NCBI RefSeq assembly: GCF_009834535.1
Contig: NC_045697.1
Coordinates: 28,274,001 to 28,338,000 of the forward strand
Direction of reading: 5' to 3'
DNA: 64,000 bases
Origin: Camelus ferus
Lineage: Eukaryota
Made by a program: the position numbers and the translations under genes. The stretch's first letter is position 1, and the number at the start of each line of letters is the position of its first letter. The notes below the pieces were generated by a model. The model ran no database searches. It was given only the letters and a program-made list of their open reading frames with translations, and had not been told where the DNA came from. Of the stretch, positions 25,671 to 39,166 are shown one piece after another.

Positions 25671-27739
25671 TTGTAATGTTTTCCCAGATTTAAAGACAAA
25701 AAGGAAGGTGGCTTTGAACCATATTGTGAAGGTGAGACAACACAGATGTTAACAGTGTTAAAAAGTCTGAAATGAGAGGGCTTACACAAATCAAGGCTAT
25801 TTAGCAGAATCAGTCCTAGAATAAAAACATCAAAAATCAGTAACATCAGCATTTGAAAGAATGAATGAAACTATAAGCTTATGTCTCTTGAGTCATTATA
25901 CTGCATATTATGGAATTCCTGTCACAAAATTAAATCATTTGACTTCCTCTGAAGATGTACATTAATCAAAATCTCCAAAGTGGCTGGAGGGTTCCCTCCC
26001 TGTACCACACACCCCATACTACACATATCAGTATATGCTTCTTTGCCATGCAAAGCCAATGTACCAAAGTCTGAGCAGCTGACAGAGTCACGTAGCCTAG
26101 CTCTGACTGTATCAGATGATATGACTGTACAGTACAGCCATCAGCTTCGCAAGCATTACAGAGGTACCTAGGAGCCTAGGGTACAATCCGAAGTGCCAAT
26201 ATATTTTATAGCATCCAAGTATCCATATGCATGATGCCTCCAGCTTTACGATCTGTTCTTCCCTCCCAAAGGCTGGCTAGAGGCCTTGGCCTTTCTAAGT
26301 GATAATACAAGTCATTATCATTAAATTTACCCTTAGTCTCCTTGTTTTCCATTATCACTGGAGGGATGTTGTAAGGTTACAGGAATAATAAGAGCCACAG
26401 GCACTTGGGATCTGTGGGGGTAAGCGCATTATATTTGGGGAGTTATGGGTCTCAGACACTCACTAATGAGCATAATGTTCCAGAACTTACATAGGAAGAT
26501 ACTCCTCCAAGTACGTACAACAATGTGCTCCTTGTTAATAATTTCAAGAGGCCAAATAATGGTGCTGCAAATAAAAGACTGCCAAAACTTAAAAGATGAA
26601 GGATGAACAGTAGTGGTTATACAGTAGTAGTTTGTATACTTGATTTTTTTTTGGATTTGGCAGTCTGTAACAGTTTTTCTGCTACAGAGATGCTCTGTGG
26701 CATTCTGTAGCTCCAAATCATAATGTACAAGTAAAGGACACTGTTGTTCTGGCTGCAAGGAGATTACAGTCCCTTTCCTGAGGAGCACACAGCAAAGTAG
26801 GCAGATATGACTTTCATATCCAAAAGCAACAGAAATGGAAGAATATGCATAAGAAATTTATGCTCACCTCCTTGGTGAGGTGAAGCAGTCACCAATCAAG
26901 GAAATCTTCACTGAACCAAGTTCAGGCGGTGCTTTAACAAAAAGAAGGACATGGCTCAGTCGGCAAAGGCTTAACGCAATGTTTTACTCCCAAAATGAAC
27001 ACTGATCTACAGGAAAGACATTTTTCACACTGGTAAGTACACTTTAAATGTCTCAAGAACTGTCTCACCTCCCAAACAAGACTATCGGTTCCTTAAAGGC
27101 AGGGAAGAGAATACTGATTTTACATTCCTTTTAGCACATATCTCAAAGAAGTCACACATACTGCTGAACATTTACTGACAAAACTACGGATTAAAAAATT
27201 GCTAGACACCCAAATCCCAGGCTAGCTCCACAGCCTCAGGGGCCTCTCAACAGTACAGTCACAGGTAAAATCTAAAGTTCCAGTAGGGTCTGTGGAATCT
27301 GTCAGGACAGAACTGGATCTCCCAGGGTCAAAGTAGCCCAAAACCAGTGTTCTTTTTGTCCCAAACCAGAGCAAGGTAAGATCCGTCCCAGTCTAGGCCC
27401 TACCAGTTTGAAACTGACAAGCGGAGACTCTGGGAGGATAAGCATGCCTGACAGTCTTTCTGCAGCCACCATACCTTCTGATAACAAAAAGTCCTCTCCG
27501 TGAAACTCCGTTCATAGCAGAGATGTGGCTGACACAGAGGGCAAGTTGGGAATTAGAGCTCTCACTCTTCAAATGCCAAAGTTATGTTTCACACAACAGG
27601 TTAGTAGGAATATAGTTAGCTTTCTTATCTACTCATTTGCAAATTAATAAGGAAAAAATATACCAACATAATATTTTACTGTACAAGATGACAATCTTAA
27701 GAATTTGTACATGTATCATTTTTATGTATGTGGAACATT

Positions 27740-27829
27740 TTTATTCCTAATTTATATTTTGCAAGATATTTGACAGTATACAAAGAATACCCAGTTCTAG
27801 GTGGTGATTGTTTTGTATTATGATTTATT
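27740..27829 (-). terminator. Two candidate RFC1 polyadenylation signals (AATAAA on - at 27824-27829 and 27740-27745)
   Basis: tttatt on + at both positions, 440-530 nt downstream of the RFC1 stop; actual usage and any more distal site cannot be determined from sequence. Confidence 0.5.
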
Positions 27830-28271
27830 TACATTTCACCACGTAATAGGAACTACCTTTTTTTAAAAAATCAGCATTGGTCCTATAATGGCCATTAGGA
27901 TAAATTCTTAAGCCTACAAAAGCTGCTTTAGTATCACTGTTCCCAGACATGTTACTGTTAATTAAAATCTGACTTCGAAGCCCACATGTAGGTTCTGACT
28001 CTGAGTGCACAGTCATTTTGAAGTACAATCTTATTAGATTGACAGGGGACAGTGGGGGACCCAAGCAGTCGTATCAACCTCTATAAGAGGTGCACATCAG
28101 CCTACTGGTTACAACATCCTTCTGGCTGTACCTCCGTTTGTTTATAATGGGACCATGAGGTGGCCCCATTGTGCTAAAACATGGTTCCTTTGGAAAAAGC
28201 AAGGCGTCTCCAGACCAGCTAGACTGGTCAGCAGGGTGAGTAAAGGTTGCTGTCAGTAGTGAAAAACGGTT

Positions 28272-28355
28272 TCACTTCTTTGAATTTTTTCCTTTTCCTT
28301 TTCTGGATTCCTTATCTTTTTCTGATTTTGAAGGCTTTGAAGATTTTGTCTTTTT
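28272..28355 (-). CDS. RFC1: RFC1 last coding exon (~25), basic C-terminus
   Basis: caacag acceptor; KKTKSSKPSKSEKDKESRKGKGKNSKK*; 84 nt. Confidence 0.95.
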   Translation of the reverse strand, partial: KKTKSSKPSKSEKDKESRKGKGKNSKK

Positions 28356-29372
28356 CTGTTGGGAAGGAAAGATGCACAAAATAGTAAACAGCTGTGTTTA
28401 TGAGTAAATGAAGTAAGTTCATCTGTTCAATAAACCCAATCTTTACCTACCACGTAATAAAGAAGAAAGGTTGCAAACATCTAGATTTTGAACTCCCGCT
28501 ACTCCTCATGAGCCCACCAGCAACAGCTGGGCTAGCTCAGCCTTTAACTACTGAGAAGCTACTCAGGCTCTAGAACTAAAACATCTTCCCTGCTGTGCAG
28601 TTTCTTGGACTTACAACACAGGTAAATTAGGAAAGACAAAATAAGCAAGAGATAATTTACAAATAGGGTAATGTTTTCATGAAGCATTTCCTTTTCTTTC
28701 AGTTTCAGATTAGAGCAGGGGAGAAAGGCGGGCTTCTTATGTCTACACAAGATTAGCAAGAGCCACCCTGGAGAAGACCGCTATTCCCACCCCTGCGCAT
28801 ATACAACAGGGCAAGAATGCTGTGCACACACACTAAGGATAGACGGGGATACAAGCTGGATTCCTTTGCCTCAACCACCAGTAACATGGCCTGACACCAC
28901 AAATGATTTTAATCTTTCCTAGAAGAAGATATGGATGTTTTGCTCTGAGAAATTTCTACAGGCAGTTCAATGGATACAGCAAAACCCCACAAATAACAGA
29001 AGGGAGAAATGGTTCAATTTAAAATGCTTTTCTTGATTATGCTGTGAAAATGTGTGTCTGTGGGTAAAGCATACATCAATGGCAAACAAAATGGCCCTTC
29101 TCCTAACAGAGCATATAACCACCAATATGATGGCCTGTTTTCTTGCAGTTTGGCTCTTCCACTATTATAAGCAGACTGTTCATATAAATGAAATCTATAA
29201 CTCACCCTCGGAACTGTGACGAACCAAAAAAACTTTAAAAAGCATTTTCAGCTTCCTCTGCTACTTGCTAAACAGGCCCTGAATAATTTCTAAAGGCAAG
29301 TCATACACAAGAAAAGGTAAGCCACTTTGAGGGAGCATCACAGCTTCTCCTATTTGTAGATTAAAACACTAC

Positions 29373-29564
29373 CTTGATCATAGCATCAGTTTCCAAAGTG
29401 TCCTGGTCTTTCTCATCAGATTGAGAGTCATCTTCATTTAACTCTTCGTTGTATTCAGAATCCAGTGCTGGGCCTGTGCTGAGTCTGTGTGTCTTTACTA
29501 CCTGAAGTGAATATGGAGTAAGGTGGACTTCCTTATTGTAAGCTCTTGTGAAGGCTGCTTTCAC
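29373..29564 (-). CDS. RFC1: RFC1 exon ~24
   Basis: VKAAFTRAYNKEVHLTPYSLQ...DTLETDAMIK; AG/GT boundaries; 192 nt. Confidence 0.96.
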
Positions 29565-30700
29565 CTACACAAAAAGAATAGAGAAGGTTTTTTAAAATGT
29601 TAAGTGCCAAACAATTCTGTTCAACTCTGTAGGCCTAAAGGTTTGAGAGAGCCTGGGAACCCCTTGAAATTGTTCGTAAAATATGTATGCATGTACACGT
29701 AAATGTGCATGTATGTGCCTTTTTCTGTGGAGAAGTTCCACATTTTTCATGACATTCTAAATAGAGCCCATAAATCAAAAAGATAACAATCAGTATTTGG
29801 GAACATTAAGCAGGTTTTTTAAAGTCATGTTAAGTCATCGTTTTTATCTATTCAGTGCTCTGCAGTTCTACAAAGTGATAAGCGAAGTTAGTGAACCAAT
29901 AAATCAAAAAAGGCTTACAATAAGGTGCAAGTTAAAGTTGGCCTTTAATTACCACAAAATATATAGATTCGCTTTACCGTAGAAATTTAGGTTATTTAAA
30001 AGTACTAAGTAACTTGAAAACCCTTAGCTTCAAACATGTAAACCTAACTGTAGAATTAGTCCACAAATTCTAACAATGGATGTCTCTTGTGAGAATTTAC
30101 CCATAGCCATTAAGTCACGTCAAAATTCTCGAGGAGGCAAGCCACAGAGAACATGTCTTCTAGAACAGCACCAAATAAACAGGCACAAAGGTAGGGTACT
30201 AGATATTACAAATTCATGCTGTCATTTGAATTTTTTCATGCTCATTATATACATCAGGGAAAACATTATTACATAATAGATCATCCAACTGTAACAAATA
30301 CACTGAATCCACAGATTAGGCAGATTAAGAAAAAGTATAAAAACGCCCAGCCTGTAAACACTTCTTTCTTTTCATAATGCATTACCATCATCTCACTTTT
30401 ACTTCCCCCGGCTCATCTGCTCATCCTTATAAGGAATACATTTATATTTGCTCCTCAGATTTCACACCTTGCTTTTCCACTCAACATAAAGCAAAGATAA
30501 AACTACAAATTTTAAAGTCAAATCCAGAAGTCTACTTTTAATATTATACTCAAATAGTCTCTTTGGAAAGCATACACCATAAGCAAAAAGCATTTAAGTG
30601 AAAAAAAATTAAACTTTTAAAAGTATCTAAAACATCTCTGAAGTACTCCTAGTACATGGTAATTACAAAGTATTGGAGACCCAGTGGATATACAATTTAC

Positions 30701-30914
30701 CTTGGGATCCAGCTTGGAGAAGGGACTAGGTCTGCCTCCCCAGCTGCTAATTTCCATGATATTCTCAAAGTCTTCTTTCATCAAATAATATGCGTCCATA
30801 AGAGCAACAACATCCTGTACTCCTTCTATCCCTTGTGAGGTCAAGGGCTGTACAAGTGCATCCCTTATATGTGACAGATAATCCACGTTTACAGTCCTTT
30901 TGCTGGAGTAAGTT
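30701..30914 (-). CDS. RFC1: RFC1 exon ~23
   Basis: (R)TYSSKRTVNVDYLSHIRDALVQPLTSQG...SKLDPK; 214 nt; phases consistent. Confidence 0.96.
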
Positions 30915-31239
30915 CTTAAACCAAAACAAGAGAGATATACCTGTAGTCAATGAAAAACTACCACCAACTCAGTTGGCTGGAGTTTAATCCACTTTTAATA
31001 ATGCTCAATAGAATGCCTACTATTTAACAGCTGGTGTAAGGAAACTTAGCATAGCACTACGAGGCCAATGGATACACAGCAATATATCTGCACGAATATA
31101 GTGGGAGCATCAAAGGGGATACCCCTGGGGCACAGTGATGCATCATCTTTTAAAAAATGGTGGGCAAGGAATAGGAAAAGTGCTGAGAGGTAAGCCTTCA
31201 GCTTGAACAATGAGAAGAGCAATGGGGAAAAGAGCCCTT

Positions 31240-31504
31240 TACAGCTTCTAGAGGCTGCCTACATCTCTTGGCCGATGGTCCCTTTTTCCATCTTCAGTGC
31301 TGGTAGTGGAAGTGTAGCATCTTCAAATCTCTGTCTCTGATGGACTCTGCTGCCTCCAACTCCTTTTTTTTTTTTTTGTAAAGACCCTTATAATTACATT
31401 GAGCCCAACCAGATAATCCAAAATGTCAAGAGGGGAAAAAATTTGTGTTGTTTTAAGCCATTAAGTTTTGCTAATTTGTTACAGCAGCAAAAGGAAACTA
31501 ATAC
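31240..31504. mobile_element. Two MLT1 LTR fragments in opposite orientation, followed by an A27 run (31514-31540)
   Basis: cagcttctagaggctgcc...gataatcca (-), then tgttgttttaagcca...ttgttacagcagcaaaaggaaactaataca (+ LTR end). Confidence 0.65.
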
Positions 31505-32317
31505 AAGGGTGGCAAAAAAAAAAAAAAAAAAAAAAAAAAAGCCCTATGCCATAGGCTATGAAGAGGGAACACAGTAGTAAGTAGAATTCTACAGGAACAG
31601 AAGAATGGAACTATCTCAGTTCAGTTTTAACCAAAAGTTAAGGGTGAACCAATATTCTCTCCAGGGATCAGAAAGGGAAATAAGATTGCTCAAGTAGTTC
31701 TTCATGGTTAAAAATGAATAACTGAAGTTCACTTAATATTTGGGTACACACATTTCTAAGTTTCTAAGCTTTAACAAAATTTTACCAAATAATAAGAATT
31801 TTTGAACTTCCTTAAACTTCTCTAAGCACACTGGTTTTCAATCATCTGAGTATCCACCTTCTGTTATACGTGAAACTGTATCCCCTATTCCAAATGACTA
31901 AGTCAGTTTACTATTAGAATAGGAGGTAAAAACTAGTTCGTTTATTTAAATAATTCCCTTTTTTCCTATTAAGTTATTTGTAAATCAAGATATTACGTAT
32001 GCCTACTAGTAACAGGCATAGTCACAATAACAATAAATAATAGCACTACCTCAGATTTATACAGCTTTAAAATGTAAAGTTACGGCACATCACTGTCTGG
32101 CTTTATTACCCAAAGTACCCTTTTAAGTGATCAAACAAGTGTTATACCAATTACAGATAATAAAACTGAGGCCCACAAAATATAAGGAACTATCTATGAT
32201 CATTTATCTAGTTTGCAATAAAACCAAAACAACAAATCTTTGTGACTCATGCTATCTGTATGAAAGACTAAACATACCACACTAACAAAATGCCAGACGT
32301 GATGTAAAACCACTTAC

Positions 32318-32463
32318 CTGAGACTCATATGCAGTGCTAGGTCCTGAACAATACGATCATGTTTGCCCATAGATGAGTGCCTCCCCAACCAGCTTGGAAA
32401 GGTGGGAAACTGGGTCATGTACCCTCTCATTAACTCTCCAGGAAGAACACTGGCATAAATGGC
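32318..32463 (-). CDS. RFC1: RFC1 exon ~22
   Basis: AIYASVLPGELMRGYMTQFPTFPSWLGRHSSMGKHDRIVQDLALHMSL; gtaagt donor; 146 nt. Confidence 0.96.
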
Positions 32464-33883
32464 CTGAAAAAATTAATTGCAGTCCACAATTCAAATTCAG
32501 TACAAAAGTAGCTTCTTTAGCAGCTGTTCACCTCCAAGCAATCTCTGGAAACTGAAGCAACACTGCCCCAGTACTAATTCCAGGGTAGTCAGGCCCCTTC
32601 CCTCCGTCTCTGATCTGTGGGTATGGGAAATTTCGACCTGAGAAAATAACTAATTGCAGTAAACGCCTTGGTCCAAAATATGTCATGGCCCTCAGAGATC
32701 ATCTTGCCAACTCAGCCTCCTCAGCCAACTGATCCCAACATACACTAGTTACTTCTCAATGCCAATGTCACAGAAGAGACTTCAAGAGGAATATGACTGT
32801 CTTTAACATAAGCTGTTGATAGAAGAGTTGGATCAAAGTATGGAAAATCAAATAGAGAATCAAGTAAACTGGAACTTAAGAAAAGTTTTTTTAAGGGTAT
32901 CCTTGGATATCCTCTATATCCAGGGTTTCCACTTTTTTAAAGGCTGGAATGACACATGAATTTCGTATCCTGCTTTAATAATATTCTCTCGTAAGTATTT
33001 TTATATTAGATCATCTTTACAAATAATTTTAAAGGCTGCAAAATGTTCCATCAAGAGGATTTACCATAATTAATCATACTCCTACTGCTAAGCATGGAAA
33101 TTTTCTCCCATTTCTTGCTATCAGAATGAATGCTTTAAGGAAGACTTTTTGCACATTAAGCTTTTCCTGTGTTTCACATTATTTCTTTGGAATAAATTCT
33201 CATAGGTATAATTATTAGGTATTAAAAAAATAAACACTTTTAAAACATAGGAGAAAGGACTCTTTAAGAGAAGAATGGGCCTTCCAGAAGTCCCTTGCCT
33301 GTCACTCAGGTCAATACTACTACATAAACGTACAGAACTCAGAATTCAGAGTTAATTATGAAAGTTTGCAAAACTCTGTTTTGAGTAAAAGGTATCAACC
33401 TAGATTAAGTACTCAATATAAAGTAAAAAATATAAAATACAAAGCTGCCTCTTTAGCAAGGAAGAATAAAGAAAATCAGAATAATCAATTCATTATTAGA
33501 AAAGTGACTGTTGACCTGCCCTGGCTACATTTCTTCAAGGATGAGCTACTTAGTAACAACCTGGGAGGCCAAGAATGACCAAAAAAAGAAATGGATTCTT
33601 AAGGTAAAACAGAGCAAATGAAACGTTTGACTCACATCTTAGTTATAACCAAAATCCAACATTCCCATTTCTGTAAGTCCATTTACATAAAAACACTGAA
33701 AAATAGGACTAGATTAAGAAACAGACAATAGCAACCATACAGTATTTAAATCTATAACAGATTGTATTTTTGCCATTAAGAGCCATAATGTTCTGACATT
33801 TCAAATAACTATAGGAGCTAAGAGCTAGTTTGTTCTCATTAACTAAAGCAGAGTCTGCACTTTAAGGAGAGCCCTAAGCCTAC

Positions 33884-34001
33884 CTGTGTGGGCAGAAGAC
33901 TCCAGTTCTGCTTATTCCGGATCTGCCGGTCCACTAGGTCACCATCACATATGCTATCTGCTGCTCTGCTTAAAAGCATCAAGTGCTTTTTCATGTCACC
34001 C
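33884..34001 (-). CDS. RFC1: RFC1 exon ~21
   Basis: GDMKKHLMLLSRAADSICDGDLVDRQIRNKQNWSLLPTQ; 118 nt. Confidence 0.96.
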
Positions 34002-34126
34002 CTGCGGGAATAAACCGGTCTGGGTTACACCACTGTCCACACTCCACACCCCTCCTCGCCAGGTATCTGGCCTTCAAGGTACTGGGAGGGTACTAATTCT
34101 ACCCCTCACTAGCTCTGAACACTCAC

Positions 34127-34281
34127 CCTGCAGCTACGGGCTTCACGTGTATGTAGTTCTCCTGGACAAAGAGGGGTGCTATTGAATAATCATGAAAAAA
34201 GAGATCTGATTTGTCCATAAGTGACATATGAGCAGTCTCCTCTCCAGCTGCAAACACTTTCCGGGCAACATCAAATGGGCC
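34127..34281 (-). CDS. RFC1: RFC1 exon ~20
   Basis: GPFDVARKVFAAGEETAHMSLMDKSDLFFHDYSIAPLFVQENYIHVKPVAA; 155 nt. Confidence 0.96.
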
Positions 34282-34309
34282 CTAAAAAGAGAGAGGGACA
34301 TACCTAGTA

Positions 34310-34980
34310 GATGGCCAATATCCAAAACACTGACAACAACAAGGGCTGGCTCACATGTGGAGCAACAGAAACTCTCTTTCATTGCTGGTAGGAATGCAAG
34401 ATGGTACAGTCACTTTGGAAGACAGATCAACAGTTTCTTACAAAACTAAGTATCCTCTTACCATACAATCTAGCACCTGTGCTCCTTGGTATTTACCCAA
34501 ATGAACTGAAAATATCCACACAAAAAACCTGCACATGACTGGTTATAGCAGCTTTATTCAAAACTGCCAAAACTTGGGAGCAATCAAGATACCCTTTAAT
34601 AGGTGAATGAATGGTACATCCAGACACCGGACTATTAGCACTAAAAAGAAACATTATAAAGCCATGAAAAGGGATGGAGAAAACTTAAACGTACACGTCT
34701 AAATGAAAGAAGCCACTCTCAAAAGGCTACATACTGTATGGTTCCAACTATATGACATTCTGAAAAAGGTGAAGCTATGGAGACAGTAAAAAGATTAGTG
34801 GTTGCCAGGGGTTGGAGGAAGGGAGGGATGAACATCAACGTACCTATAAGTGTACCCTTTTGGTGGGGGATGTTGATAGTGGGGGGCATTATATAATTCT
34901 AGGACAGAGGATGAATAGGAAATCTCAATTTCACTGTAAACCTAAAATGGCTCTAAAAATGTTGATTAATTTTTTTAAAA
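34310..34980 (+). mobile_element. Old L1 (L1MB/MC-like) 3' fragment
   Basis: cattgctggtaggaatgcaagatggtacagtcactttggaagacag...gattagtggttgccagggg. Confidence 0.75.
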
Positions 34981-35455
34981 GGGGGGGGGGAGCACTGTTT
35001 AATCATTGCCCTAACTGTAATAATAAAACATGACTGGTGACTAGGTGAATCAGAACACAGGGATAATTGATACCGACCTCAACTCCAGTCTGAGAGAGGT
35101 CATTAAACTATAAACCATTTGAAACAAGATTATTCTGAACAGTTGCAAAACCATTCAAAACATGTAATCCATACGTAAGGGACTCTGAAAAGGCCATTTT
35201 ATAACTATTGGGGCATGAGTATAATTTGAAACTTCCTTTCCTCAAAACTTAAAATTACAATGACAGTCATTAAAGAAAAATTCATTTGAATTAGAAGCTA
35301 TTTGAGCAGCTGCCTATATCTCTTACTACAAATATCCACAGATTCTACAGGTGTATCAAAGAACAATAATAACTGTTTCTATTGAATTAATACTGACAGG
35401 ACAAGAAGTTCTTTGGCTAAGAGTTCTTCAAACTAAGAATGTAAATTTGTTTTAC

Positions 35456-35554
35456 CAGTTTGATATCCTTTTTGGCTCTGTGAGAATCAGCCTTGGCCTG
35501 GTCGTAAGTTAGTGCCTTACTTCGTGCACACCACATACTCAGATTGTGTAAAAC
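35456..35554 (-). CDS. RFC1: RFC1 exon ~19
   Basis: VLHNLSMWCARSKALTYDQAKADSHRAKKDIKL; 99 nt. Confidence 0.96.
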
Positions 35555-35677
35555 CTAAAAGAACCACAAATACAACACTGTAAAGATGGGAAAATATTGC
35601 CACTCCTTGTCCCCAAAACACTGAAGGCATCAATTCAACAGAATCATCAACTGTTACGTAATATATATTTAATTTAC

Positions 35678-35773
35678 CTGTCTGATATCTTGATTGGCTC
35701 CCAAAATTATTTCATTCATAGCTGGAGGAGGGATCTTTAAACCCTCTTTAAATGCAATAGACATCATAGCACC
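35678..35773 (-). CDS. RFC1: RFC1 exon ~18 (AAA+ lid, sensor-2 region)
   Basis: GAMMSIAFKEGLKIPPPAMNEIILGANQDIRQ; 96 nt. Confidence 0.96.
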
Positions 35774-35922
35774 CTGAAATTTGACAAAGGGGAATGAATT
35801 GTCACTGATGTTTTTTTAATTCATATAATCAGATTTTTAAAAATCTTTATCAGATACTTTAAAAAACTGATCCAAAAATATATAGGATAGTGTGATGGAG
35901 AAAAAAATTCCAATCATCATAC

Positions 35923-36060
35923 CTTAATCTGCTCAACCCGAGGTCTTTGAAAACGAAGATCAAAACAATAATGAACCAAAGAGCGAATCTTGGGATGATT
36001 TCTATCATTGCACATACAAATAATAGGAATTTTTGTATGTTTTATTAGGGCAATTAATTC
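35923..36060 (-). CDS. RFC1: RFC1 exon ~17 (sensor-1 region)
   Basis: ELIALIKHTKIPIICMCNDRNHPKIRSLVHYCFDLRFQRPRVEQIK; 138 nt. Confidence 0.96.
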
Positions 36061-36256
36061 CTGAAAGGAAAATTTGCAACACAGAAATAATTATCTAAAA
36101 ACAACAACAAAATACCAAACAATGTATGTATCTTAGGTTTTAAAACCTCCTCAGCAACATGCCTTAATTGCTATCAATACCACAGCATAATAATTACTCC
36201 TTTAAATTTTTTTTTAAACCTAAAAATCAAGAGTAAAACTGCAAAAATTTCATTAC

Positions 36257-36348
36257 CTGAATTCCTCCCCTGTCCTCACTGCCTGCCATGCCATCGACCT
36301 CATCCATGAGGAGAGCGTGTTTCATGCTTACTGAGTGGACTGCTCCAG
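36257..36348 (-). CDS. RFC1: RFC1 exon ~16 (Walker B)
   Basis: (T)GAVHSVSMKHALLMDEVDGMAGSEDRGGIQ; 92 nt; acceptor ggtcag fits the phase. Confidence 0.94.
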
Positions 36349-37677
36349 CTGACCCACGTTGAGAAGCAATGGGATGGGATGAAAACAAAGTAACAGTTGT
36401 TCAAATACTGCCGCTTTAAATATTCATGTAACATTTTAAACTGATACAGAATATATGTCCATGGTCCAAAATTCAAAAGGCACAAGAGTAAGCAGTGAAA
36501 GGAAATTCTCTCCCACCTCTGCCCCCTAGAGTACCCAGTTTCTCTCTCTAGATGCAAACAATGCGAACAGTCTAATGTACATATATCCCTTAAGAGATAT
36601 TCTATACATACTGAAAATGTGTGCATAAAAATACACACTTTGATTTCATCATTCAATATATTTTAGCAATCTGTTCCTTATCTGTAGATATAGAACACCT
36701 CATTCTTTTAAGGCTATTTAAATATCCCATTTTACACATATATCATAATCACTTTCCATTGATAAAATATAAAGATGCTTCCATGTTTCCAATCTTCTGC
36801 TATTATGAATAGCACTAAATGAATATCCTACATAGATATGTCATTTGCATATATAAAAGTATAACAGGTGCTAAATTCCAGGAACTAGAATTTCTAGCTT
36901 AAAAGGTATGTGTAATGTAACTTTAAGAAATACTGTCTGATTGCTCTCCAGAGTTGTACTGATTTACACTCCCAGCAACCATGTATAAGAGTGACATTTC
37001 CTGAGCAAATTCTTTTTAACAATGATTTTCTACCACTTAAAGTACCAAGACCCAGGTGACCATGCAACATACCACAGATTCTAAACATGCAATAGGATCT
37101 GTAATTTGGGCACCTTATTTTCCCCATAAACTCCGGCCACACTAGCTACACCTGAAACCAAGTGGGACTTTCACACTGGGTCTTTCCTCCTCCTCTACTA
37201 CCTTTGCCTTAAATAACCTCTTCTATCCACAGACTACTCTCTTTCTTATTCTTCAAAGCCCTCTGAATAAATGTCACTCTTTTCCTGGTAGCTTTCCCCA
37301 GTGCCCCAAATAGAATCATTCTTTCATCTACAGGCCTCTGTCACCTCACTCACGCACTGTATTAGTTAGTTATTTACTTTCCCGCTTCACAGGATTCACC
37401 TGTGAATACTCTAAAATCACATGCAAAATGCATAAATGTCTGTGCGTACATTTTTATCACATTCTCAGAAATCACAAAGACCTGAAAAAAAAAGGTAACT
37501 ACTGTCCCATAAGAGTTAATTCAAAGGCTTTTCTTATTCTCTCATTAGCCCCAGAATTTAGTAGGGTGCCTCGTACATAGTAACATTCAATACTGGTTAC
37601 TGACCATTGAAATGAACTTGTTTTTCTTACATAAACCTCCCACCCCTCAAAAGAAAACTGTACAAAACTCCACATAC

Positions 37678-37792
37678 TTGAACAAAAGCCTTTGATGCTG
37701 GTATTATTCAGCGATTCAGCAACAATCTCCTTCAAACTGTTCTTACTCCGAGTGTCACTTGCATTCAGTTCCACGTAGCTATATCCCAATTC
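37678..37792 (-). CDS. RFC1: RFC1 exon ~15 (RFC box IV)
   Basis: ELGYSYVELNASDTRSKNSLKEIVAESLNNTSIKGFCS; ELNASD motif; 115 nt. Confidence 0.96.
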
Positions 37793-39053
37793 CTAATCAA
37801 AATATTGGAAACCATTTCTAACACAATGCAGATTATTAACTCTCCCCCCAAAAACCAAGGCAATTAAGGAAGAAAGAGGACAGAAAAATCACAAAAGTAA
37901 CCATGGGTAAAAAGATAAAGTAGAATCCTAACAGACAATGAGATTGTAATATGCCTCACGATATTAAGAGATTTTTAAAACAGCATATACATACATACCA
38001 CACACACACAAACACACACAGATTTGGTCTTAAAACCTCAGCTGATAAATCACTAACCTGGAAGGGTATATTTGAACAAGCAATGTTACTAAGTTAGCTT
38101 CTTAAAGGCCCAAAAAGAATTAAATATAACCATCCCAAAATTTCAATATCAGATACAGAATTAATCTATATTAAGATACCAAAAAGTAATTAGTGACTCT
38201 TTAAGATAAATTATAAAATTAAATCATTCTTTGTCAAACTATTCCAATATATAATCTTTCTCTCAAATTGTGGAAGATCAAATAATTTGGACTCATTTCC
38301 CAAAACTGATCATTATATTGATTATAAGGTAATTCAATTCCCCCAAAAAGTAATGATAATAATAATGGGGAAAAAAGAGTCATCTTCACAATGGTAGTGA
38401 CTAGGGAAAAATCTTTGGTTTTCGTTTTTTTAAATGTTCATAAATAGAGTAGAAAATATATAGGGATTATACCAGCTAAAAATTAATGCTCTGATCCATG
38501 CAATAAAGACTAAACGAAACTACCAGCTTATGGGACAGAGAGTTGGGAAATCCAGCAATAAATTTAAAGTAAATTTAAACTCCCTCACTTTATCATTCTG
38601 ATGCCATTTCATGTACCGTTTCATACCATACTGATTTGCTCTAGTGTCTTGTCCTCTCATTGTCTGGAGATATAGCAGCCGTAGGGAAAACAAGAGCAAA
38701 GGCAAGATCCCACAGCAGTGAGGAGTTGGACTATTGGGGTTCACACTGTGCCACCAGCCTCCTCTGTAAGCCCCCTTCCTTTGTCACATGAGGAAGTACC
38801 TATATTCAGTACACAGAATTCTTCCTATGAGGGTATATATTAGATAGCTGTATCTATAAGAATCTGTAAGACATATTTATTTTACCTAGAAGATAATGCA
38901 CCCAAGGGCTTACTAGCTCACTGCCTGGCACAGAAGAAAATACCACCTATTATAATTACCAATATTTTAAAAAGGATGAAAATGACAAATATCCCCAGAA
39001 CCAAAGCAAATTCTAAAGGTTTGACTTTAGAAAAGTAACAACAGAACACTCAC

Positions 39054-39166
39054 CTGACAAACTAGAGAAGCTGTGGTTGTTTTGCCAACACCTGGAGGGC
39101 CTGAGAGCAATGCAGCTTTAAAACTGGAGCCATCATCTTTGCCTGCAAATTTACCAACCTTTGCTG
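39054..39166 (-). CDS. RFC1: RFC1 exon ~14 (Walker A); NAGNAG acceptor with alternative start at 39163
   Basis: (A)AKVGKFAGKDDGSSFKAALLSGPPGVGKTTTASLVCQ; P-loop GPPGVGKT; 113 nt. Confidence 0.96.

Noticed and set aside
31514..31540. A27 run as the tail of a retrocopy
   Set aside because: Preceded by MLT1 LTR fragments, not mRNA-like sequence, and no clear TSD; more likely slippage expansion.
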